Of a DNA stretch of 7,670 bases, positions 1-6,417 are shown piece after piece (position 1 is the stretch's first letter; each line of letters begins with the position of its first letter). Location of the stretch: assembly GCF_006345805.1 (NCBI RefSeq), contig NW_021828799.1, positions 1-7,670 on the forward strand, given 5' to 3'. The notes beneath the pieces are model-generated. The model made no database searches and was not told where the DNA came from. It saw only the letters and a program-made list of their open reading frames with translations. This DNA is from Octopus sinensis (Eukaryota). A program made the position numbers and the translations under genes.

Positions 1-60
1 CCTATCTTCCTATCTATCCATCTGTCATTCCTACCACCTCCACCACGACCACCAAGCCTC

Positions 61-236
61 ACCTCATCTTCTCCCCATCATTTCTCTCCAGCACATACAC
101 TATCTCTCTCCCTCTTTCTCTCTCTCTCTTACTCTCCGTCTCTTTCTCCCCCTCTCTCCTCTCTCCTCTCTTCTCTCTGTCTCTCTCTCTCTCTCTTCAC
201 TCTCTTCATCTCTCTTTCTCTCTCTTTCCCACCCTA
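61..236 (+). repeat. Polypyrimidine (CT)n-rich low-complexity tract
   Basis: Almost exclusively C/T, with imperfect (CT)n and (CTT) units; 1-60 is also C-rich. Confidence 0.85.
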
Positions 237-294
237 CTTTTTTCCCAAATTAATTCCTGCTCTCAACCGAACACATTCATATCCCTGTATCCCA

Positions 295-485
295 CAATCT
301 ACTTCCGGTACAGTACGACTCGACGGCAAAGCTGAGTGCGCACAGCCGACACATGACCAACAAACGAGAGAGGGGGGAAAGATGGGGAGAGGTTTGAAGC
401 TCTCTGAAAGTGGAGGTGAGAAAGTAACACACATAAATGTCATCATTTGTGATGTTAAAAGATGCCAACATCGACGCCATTTGGA
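295..485. promoter_or_regulatory. Possible promoter/first-exon-like island (speculative)
   Basis: Short unique stretch with several CpGs. It has ACTTCCGG (ETS-type site, 301-308), palindromic GTGCGCAC (NRF1-like, 336-343), CGCCATTT (YY1-like, ~475-482), ATG at 382 and a donor-like GAG|GTGAGA at 415/416. Short motifs only. Confidence 0.2.
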
Positions 486-510
486 TTCACATGTCACACG
501 GGGTCTGTTT

Positions 511-517
511 TGTGTGT

Positions 518-585
<68 letters not shown>

Positions 586-777
586 TATCGGTATATATAT
601 GCATATAAATACACACACAAGCACACACACACATACATTAGTATTTATATGCATATGCATATACAGGCATAGAGAGTGTATGAGAGATATATACACATAT
701 ATACATACCTATATGTATATATGTGTCTGTGATTCTTTATGTGAATGCGTGTATGTGCATGCATATACATATGTGTA

Positions 778-833
<56 letters not shown>
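511..833 (+). repeat. Compound microsatellite: (TG)n 511-582, mixed TA/CA, (TG)n 782-832
   Basis: Read directly from the sequence. Confidence 0.95.
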
Positions 834-835
<2 letters not shown>

Positions 836-865
836 CAGGGTGCGCGTAAGATATTTGAGGACAGA
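836..865 (+). repeat. Left TIR of maT-like element
   Basis: CAGGGTGCGCGTAAGATATTTGAGGACAGA, preceded by TA. Confidence 0.75.
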
Positions 866-948
866 TTTATGTTTATATAATAACAGTTAATAACTTTATT
901 TATCAGAAAATGCTTTGAGGATAAAAATAAACCTTCTTTTCCATAATG

Positions 949-1966
949 TTATTCAATAAAGCCACCTTCAGCTTCAACAACTGCTTCTATATGAGATCTA
1001 AATCATCTACATGCTCGATTCAAGTGGTCCTGGTTCATTTTGGACATTACTCTGACTGTGGATGCTTTCAAAGAATCTTTGGTGTTATGGGCGTGTTCAT
1101 TGACCTCTCTCTCAACACATGGATTAAGATCTGGAGAATTAGGAGGCCAAATGTTAGGGGTTGTGTGATCAGGAAAACTTTCAACCATCCATTCTTGTGT
1201 TACTAGAGCCATGTGTGATAGTGCAGAGTCTTACTGAAACATATATGGCCTTCCACTGCATACGCTGTCTATCCAGGACTTAGCAATTATTTCCAGGATC
1301 TCAATGTAGACAGCAGAGTTAACTTGTGGGAAGAAGTAAGGAGGCATCACATGTCCTTCATTGCTGACAACCCCTAAAACCATGACAGTTGCAGGAAATT
1401 TTGTATGCATAGCACTTGTACTTCAGAAGGGTCTGCACATAACCTGTCTGTCATTTCTTCTGTTAACTTTTTGATCTTGGTCGAAGTTTTTCTCATTTGA
1501 GAAAAACCAAATCAAATCTTCTTCTGCTGAATTTTTCAGTTTGTTTAAGAGCCTTTTAGATCTGATGTAGTGATTTTCTTTTGCTTTTTCTGACAAATTG
1601 ACCTTTCCTCATCATATAAGACTTATATCTGATGTCTTTGTGGACAACATTTCTGACTGTTCCTTCTGACACATGAAGATCTTTCGCAATTGACCTCAAG
1701 GACTTTCTGAGATTGTAATCAATAGTCTGTTGAACTTTCTGGATAAATTCAGGTGTTCTTAAGACTTCAGAGCATTTAGAATGCTTTTTATGCTTTGATA
1801 CTGGTGATACATTTCCATCTTCAGTCTCTAACTCCTTACAAACTTTGTAGACGAAAGATCTGGCAACTTTTAAAAATCGAGATATTTCTAAATCGCTATG
1901 CACAGCCTTTATAACCACAGTAAGAGCATGCCTCTTCATTTCTTGAGTAAGCTGAGGGTCTGCCAT
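949..1966 (-). pseudogene. Disrupted DDD transposase (maT/DD37D-type)
   Basis: Manual minus-strand translation across frameshifts gives MADPQLTQEMKRHA (ATG 1966), an HTH region (KSLRSIAKDLHVSEGTVRNVV), IWFFSNEKNF (first D is N, 1495-1497), MHTKFPATVMVLGVVSNEGHVMPPYFFPQ, RPYMFQ*DSALSH (stop 1231-1233, second D 1228-1230) and WPPNSPDLNP. An in-frame deletion at ~1119 removes the LD that should follow. The C-terminus is RACR*FRSHIEAVVEAEGGFIE* (natural stop 949-951). There are 36 residues from D2 to the P of DLNP, so restoring L-D gives DD37D. Frameshifts near 1595, 1445 and 1410. Confidence 0.9.
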
Positions 1967-2010
1967 TATTATATTCTGAAACAAAGCTTATACAGAGTTA
2001 GGAAAACAGT

Positions 2011-2040
2011 TATGTCCTCAAATACCTTACATACACTTTA
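2011..2040 (-). repeat. Right TIR of maT-like element
   Basis: Reverse complement TAAAGTGTATGTAAGGTATTTGAGGACATA, followed by a (TA)n tract (2041-2099). Confidence 0.75.
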
Positions 2041-2049
2041 TATATATTA

Positions 2050-2098
<49 letters not shown>

Positions 2099-2102
<4 letters not shown>

Positions 2103-2513
2103 TGTGTGGTAGTAGCTTGCTAACCAACCACATGGTTCCGGGTTCAGTCCCACTGCGTGGCATCTTAGGCAAGTGTCTTCTGCTATAGTAGCCCCGGGCC
2201 GACCAATGCCCTGTGAGTGGATTTGGTAGACGGAAACTGAAAGAAGCCTGTCGTATATACGTGTATATATATATGTGTGTGTGTGTGTTTGTGTGTCTGT
2301 GTTTGTCCCCATAGCATTGCTTGACAACCGATGCTGGTGTGTTTACGTCCCCGTCACTTAGCGGTTCGGCACAAGAGACCGATAGAATAAGTACTGGGCT
2401 TACAAAAAGAATAAGTCTCCGGGTCGAGTTGCTCGATTAAAGGCGGTGCTCCAGCATGGCCGCAGTCAAATGACTGAAACTGAAACAAGTAAACAAGCAA
2501 GTAAACAAGTAAG
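2099..2513 (+). mobile_element. tRNA-derived SINE family A, copy 1 (5' ~10 nt missing)
   Basis: A-box-like TGGCTGTGTGG, B-box GGTTCAGTCCC, internal (TA)/(TG) tract and 3' tail of (CAAGTAAA)-like repeats. Homologous to copies at 3348, 5089 (minus) and 6418. Confidence 0.9.
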
Positions 2514-2534
2514 TATATATATATATATATATAT

Positions 2535-2789
2535 TGCGAGCAGAGGCGAGCTACTGCCATCTCTAGAAGACGAGTTGTCCAGTACCGAAGAGTGGCAGAA
2601 ATAGCCCGAAACTAGGAGTAGTCTACTGGCCTCGTTGTTAGATGGTGGTAAGATACGCTCCCCTGCACACAATTTATCGGGTGCAGCCCTGCATCGTAAA
2701 CCATCTAGAGGAGACGTCCTCTTGGGGTTAAAAAATCGCACTAGAGTCCGTTCGAAGGGACAGCCATGTTGAAGTGGCTACGAATATTA

Positions 2790-2793
<4 letters not shown>
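2535..2793 (+). mobile_element. (TA)n-flanked hammerhead-containing cassette 1 (retrozyme/Penelope-like candidate)
   Basis: Non-coding, GC-richer, hairpin-rich 260-bp island between TA tracts 2514-2534 and 2794-2883, containing a hammerhead fold. Mobility is inferred, not shown. Confidence 0.4.
2571..2634 (+). ncRNA. Type I hammerhead ribozyme, core variant (U4 to C)
   Basis: Stem I CCAGTA (2579-2584)/TACTGG (2624-2629), extended by CGAG/CTCG. Core CCGAAGA (2585-2591). Stem II G.GGC/GCCC with loop AGAAATA, then GAAA (2608-2611). Stem III A-CTA-ggag-TAG-T. Cleavage triplet GTC (C17 = 2623). Confidence 0.75.
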
Positions 2794-2859
<66 letters not shown>

Positions 2860-2883
2860 ATATATATATATATATATATATAT
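2794..2883 (+). repeat. (TA)n microsatellite
   Basis: Near-pure TA tract with a few interruptions. Confidence 0.95.
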
Positions 2884-3147
2884 AAATGAAAGAATGGAGT
2901 CGAACGACGATTTAACAAAATTCCTTTATTCTCGACATATGTTTCGAAGACTGCATATTCTTAATTCCGAAGGAATAAAGGGTGCATTATGCCGCCTTCT
3001 CATCAGGAAAGACAAGGAACTTATGTCAGCATCATGACGAACAAAAACTTTTAGATGACTGCCCACACGGAGTCCATAGTGATAAATTTGCTACGCGCGT
3101 TGTATCGGTTAACCGAATTATCCATACTAGGATAATTCATTCAACTA

Positions 3148-3149
<2 letters not shown>
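2883..3149 (-). mobile_element. (TA)n-flanked hammerhead-containing cassette 2 (Penelope-like element-related candidate)
   Basis: Island between TA tracts carrying a minus-strand hammerhead with palindromic minimal stem III. Both termini recur exactly at 7437-7461 and 7485-7500, showing that it is a dispersed repeat. Confidence 0.6.
2923..3017 (-). ncRNA. Type I hammerhead ribozyme with canonical core and minimal palindromic stem III
   Basis: Minus strand reads CCTTGTCTTTC-CTGATGA (3006-3000)-GAAGGC.GCATA...TATGC.GTCTTC (long stem II)-GAAA (2945-2942)-CATATG-TC (C17 = 2934)-GAGAATAAAGG. Stem I is 4 bp plus 4 bp around a 3x3 internal loop. Confidence 0.8.
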
Positions 3150-3189
<40 letters not shown>

Positions 3190-3206
3190 TGTATGTATGT
3201 ATGTAT
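3150..3206 (+). repeat. (TA)n then (TATG)n microsatellite
   Basis: Read directly from the sequence. Confidence 0.9.
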
Positions 3207-3347
3207 TAAGACAGTATTTTATCTTGCAACCGTAATATACGACCAAGTATATAAATGTTTATAAGCTAACATTGTGCCTGACTTTTTGTGTTAGCAGTGC
3301 GATGTTCCCATTTTAAGTTTATCTTTAAAGATTTTCTATAGAATTCA

Positions 3348-3770
3348 GGCGTAGGAGTGGCTGTGTGGTAAGTAGCTTGTTTACCAACCATATGGTTCTG
3401 GGTTCAGACCCACTGCGTAGCACCTTGAGCAAGTGTCTTCTACTATAACCTCGGGCCGACCAAAGCCTTGTGAGTGGATTTGGTAGATGGAAACTGAAAG
3501 AAGCACGTCGTATATATGTATATGTATACATATGTATGTGTGTGTGTACGTTTGTGTGTCTGTGTTTGTCAACCCCAACATCGCTTGACAACCGATACTG
3601 GTGTGTTTACATCCCCATCACTTAGCGGTTCGGCAAAAGAGACCGATAGAATAAGTACTAGGCTTTCAAATAATAAGTCCTGGGGTCGATTTACTCGACT
3701 AAAGGTGGTGCTCCAGCATGGCCAGAGTCAAATGACTGAAACAAGTAAAAGAGTAAAAGAGCAAAGAGTA
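3348..3770 (+). mobile_element. tRNA-derived SINE family A, copy 2 (full length)
   Basis: Starts GGCGTAGGAG. A-box 3358-3368, B-box GGTTCAGACCC 3401-3411, internal TA/TG tract, (GAGTAAAA)n tail. Confidence 0.92.
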
Positions 3771-3874
3771 TACGAATGCATTTACAAGGACATTTTCGTA
3801 GACGGATTCGTATCTGAAACGTCCCAAGCGTCGGTGCTACTTGTTCTACCGCAGATCTGCCGAGATTCGAACCC

Positions 3875-4555
3875 CGGTTGACAAGTTCATAGGCTGGCCA
3901 ACATACTCTTATTGAATGTGAACAGATGAGGTTTGTTTTACAACCTAATAAGTCCCCATATCTATTTCTTTACTACCCACAAGGGGTTAAACATAGAGGG
4001 GGCAAACAAGGACAGACAAAGGGATTAAGTCGATTACATCGACCCCAGTGCGTAACTGGTACTTATTTAATCGACCCCAAAAGGATGAAAGGCAAAGTCG
4101 ACCTCGGCGGAATTTGAACCCAGAACGTAACGGCAGACGAAACACGGCTACGCATTTCGCCTGGCGTGCTAACGTTTCTGCCAGCTCGCCGCCTTAGTCC
4201 CCATATCGGTCCACACATGTCTTCCGTCAGTGTTGCAGAACGTGGATCCCATTGGTGAAGAAGCTTTCATTCTGTTGCTCAAGAAAATGTCATCAACAGC
4301 AAATTTGACGTCATGATGTCTTTTCTCATGTTGGGGAATTGATGGTAGTTCGATGAAGCCAATTTAGCAGGTGATCAACCAGTTCGAAAGCAGTCGCGCA
4401 TGGCAGCCATTGAAATCTAGGACTGGTATGTTGGGGCATTGTCCTGATGGTTAATCAAGACCCCTTTCGTCAAATTTCCTGGGCATTTGGTCTTGATAGC
4501 AAGTTGGTATAGTACTCACCAATGATGGTGTGGCCTGTTTGAAGGTAGTCAAACA
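3875..4555 (-). pseudogene. Decayed mariner (DD34D-type) 3' fragment with terminal region, interrupted by SINE B
   Basis: Minus-strand translation with frameshifts and deletions gives DYLQTGHTIIGEYYTNL, AIKTKCPGNLTKGVL, HQDNAP (D at 4441-4443), SMAAMRDC, ELVDH, LASSNYHQFPNMRK (third D is N, PPYSPD lost), ESFFTNGIHVLQH and TCVDRYGD. A TIR-like end CGGTTGACAAGTTCATAGGCTGGCCA lies at 3875-3900. Restoring the deleted residues gives 34-residue D2-D3 spacing. Confidence 0.85.
3963..4195 (-). mobile_element. tRNA-derived SINE family B with 12-bp target-site duplication
   Basis: Perfect direct repeat AGTCCCCATATC at 3951-3962 and 4196-4207. Minus strand begins AAGGCGGCGAGCTGGCAGAA; B-box GGTTCAAATTCC (4120-4109). 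Confidence 0.9.
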
Positions 4556-4623
4556 TACCACAGGTCGACCGCGTACCACATGGTCAAAGCAGATGTCTGC
4601 GACCATGCTCGAGTGATCGCGCC

Positions 4624-4683
4624 GGGGGGGGGGCGACCGGGGATGACCGGGGGTGATCGGGGGATGACCGGGGGGTGCCCGGG
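4624..4683 (+). repeat. G-rich minisatellite of ~10-11-bp units, (G4-6)(A)TGACC-like; predicted G-quadruplex
   Basis: G-runs of 10, 4, 5, 5, 6 and 3 separated by 5-6-nt spacers (CGACC, ATGACC, TGATC, ATGACC, TGCCC). Confidence 0.8.
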
Positions 4684-4795
4684 AATATATTTCAAATGGT
4701 AAATACAGCAACGCGCTGTGACGGCGCAGGCCCCCTCGTCTTACCTGGCCTGTTGGGTGAGGCCGGAACAATGCAGGATGAGAGATAAAATAAAC

Positions 4796-5044
4796 TAGTG
4801 GTCGAGTACCCCACACACATGAATACCCTTAATGGAATTCTCAGGGAGATTCAGCGTGACACAAAGTGTGACATGGCTGGCCCCTTTTTGAATTACAGAT
4901 ATAACTCATTTTTGCCAGCTGAGTGGATTGGAGCAACGTGAAATAAAGTGTCTAGCTCAAGGATACAGTGCACCGCAGGGAATCGAACTGACGGCCTTAT
5001 GACCGTGAACCGAGCACCCTAACCACTAAGCCACGCGCCTTCAC
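4796..5044 (-). mobile_element. tRNA-derived SINE family C (3' boundary uncertain)
   Basis: Minus strand GTGAAGGCGCGTGGCTTAGTGG. Consensus A-box TGGCTTAGTGG (5033-5023) and B-box GTTCGATTCC (4988-4979), followed by CCTTGAGCTAGACACTT, which resembles the post-tRNA block of family A (CCTTGGGCAAGTGTCTT). Confidence 0.8.
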
Positions 5045-5088
5045 GTGCATTTGTTGCTGGCCGTTGATGTAACGAAGATTTTCCAATA

Positions 5089-5298
5089 TCTTTTACTTGT
5101 TTCAGTCATTTTGACTGCGGCCATGCTGGAGCACTGCCTTTAGTCGAGCAAATCGACCCCGGGACTTATTCTTTGTAAGCCCAGTACTTATTCTATCGGT
5201 CTCTTTTTGCCGAACCGCTAAGTTACGAGGACGTAAACACACCAGCATCGGTTGTCAAGCAATGCTAGGGGACAACACACAAACACAAACTCACCTAC

Positions 5299-5331
<33 letters not shown>

Positions 5332-5496
5332 TACGACGGGCTTCTTTCAGTTTCCGTCTACCAAATCCACTCACAAGGCATTGGTAGGCCCGGGGCTATA
5401 GCAGAAGACACTTGCCCAAGGGGCCACGCACTGGGACTGAACCCGAAACCATGTGGCTGGTAAGCAAGCTACTTACCACACAGCCACTCCTGCGCC
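5089..5496 (-). mobile_element. tRNA-derived SINE family A, copy 3 (full length, inverted)
   Basis: Reverse complement of the family A sequence. By eye there are ~18 mismatches over the 166-nt 5' half vs copy 2 and ~13 vs copy 4. Internal TA tract ~5297-5333. Confidence 0.92.
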
Positions 5497-5517
5497 TATA
5501 AAAGGGTTCATAGATAA

Positions 5518-5616
5518 TGTATTTTTCGATATTATTATTAATCAGATCACTGCCTAGAATCGAACGCGGAATACCTGGGGTTAGTATCCCGCGCTCTTAA
5601 CCATTACGCTATATGC
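5518..5616 (-). mobile_element. Short tRNA-derived SINE family D (head plus (AAT)n)
   Basis: Minus strand GCATATAGCGTAATGGTTAAGAGCGCGGG. A-box TAGCGTAATGG (5611-5601), B-box GTTCGATTCT (5565-5556), then an (AAT)n run. Confidence 0.7.
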
Positions 5617-5933
5617 TTGAGAGTCATATCGATGTCAATGTTTTTATTTCTCTTGTGGTTTGAGCCATTAATTACAGCCACCACATCACATGGTGAGTGT
5701 CGCCATTCACAGAAGTTGTGTATAAAATGTCAGGCAACAAACGGTGAGGAAAAGGGGTGGGAAAGGGGTAGAAAGAGAGGGAGGCAGACAGACAAAAAGA
5801 CAGACTGACAGACGGATGTGATGGCTGCGGGTGGGGTGTAAGGAAGAGGGGAGGGATGATGCGATGGGGTTGGGGGGGCCGATTGTCTTGTATTTACACA
5901 ATGTAAATGACTGAATGAATAGATCAGATTTAA

Positions 5934-5990
5934 TGATGATGTTGTTGGTGATGATGATGATGATGATGCTTTTGTTTTCGTTGTTGTTGA
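5934..5990 (+). repeat. (GAT)n/(GTT)n trinucleotide repeats
   Basis: Read directly from the sequence. Confidence 0.85.
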
Positions 5991-6041
5991 TTCTCACAGA
6001 TTCCCAGACGAATCTTTGTAGTAAGCCTCATTGAGCAGTCC

Positions 6042-6078
6042 CTACACACTACACACGCAGGCACACACACACACACGA

Positions 6079-6114
<36 letters not shown>

Positions 6115-6417
6115 GCGCACGCACACGCACACGCACACACATACACACACACGAATGCGTATATGCGAATAGATAGGAAGATAAACTGATAAGAGTCGAT
6201 GGATAAATACATACATACACACATACACACACACAAGCACACATACACACACACATACACACATATATACATACGCATATATATACATAAACACACACAC
6301 ACACACATATATATATACATACATACACATACATATATACATATATATATACATACTCACATACATACACATATATATACATGCAAATACATATATACAT
6401 ATAACGATATATATATA
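6042..6417 (+). repeat. Compound (CA)n/(CACG)/(TA)/(CATA) microsatellite
   Basis: Long alternating purine-pyrimidine tract with one short unique interruption (~6160-6205). Confidence 0.9.

Larger units (their letters stand above)
836..2040 (-). mobile_element. Full-length inactive Tc1/mariner DNA transposon, maT (DD37D)-like, 1205 bp
   Basis: Imperfect 30-bp TIRs (836-865 vs reverse complement of 2011-2040, 22/30 identical, core GTAAG(A/G)TATTTGAGGACA). TA dinucleotides at 834-835 and 2041-2042. Contains a disrupted transposase on the minus strand. Confidence 0.9.

Noticed and set aside
234-880. ORFs 234-638, 382-585, 437-880 and 487-696 with poly-(CV)/(TH)
   Set aside because: Translations of (TG)n/(CA)n microsatellites with no protein-like content.
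946-1206. Plus-strand 86-aa ORF
   Set aside because: Antisense shadow of the transposase pseudogene.
1805-1826. CTGAAGA...GAAA on the minus strand
   Set aside because: Lies in transposase codons (TEDGN) with no stem II.
2010-2327. ORFs containing YQIHSQG...GLNPEP.GW (also 3381-3581 and 6451-6672), which look like a conserved small protein family
   Set aside because: The apparent conservation is antisense translation of SINE A copies.
3790-3840. GAAA-CG-tcccaag-CG-TC, a hammerhead stem III-like segment
   Set aside because: The upstream core reads TCGTAGA, and stems I and II do not pair properly.
4624-4683. CRISPR-like or regularly spaced repeats
   Set aside because: Units are ~10-bp tandem repeats without unique spacers, in a eukaryotic context with no cas genes.
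4700-4770. HDV-like ribozyme (CCCTCG resembles the L3 loop)
   Set aside because: Could not build P3/P1/P2 nested pseudoknot pairings on either strand.
4451-4816. 121-aa proline-rich minus-strand ORF
   Set aside because: Runs across SINE C, the G-rich minisatellite and out-of-frame mariner sequence; a chimeric artefact.
4979-5044. tRNA gene calls at SINE heads (also 5556-5616, 4109-4195, 3348-3415)
   Set aside because: A/B boxes are present but no complete cloverleaf with acceptor stem could be drawn, and each continues into a SINE body.
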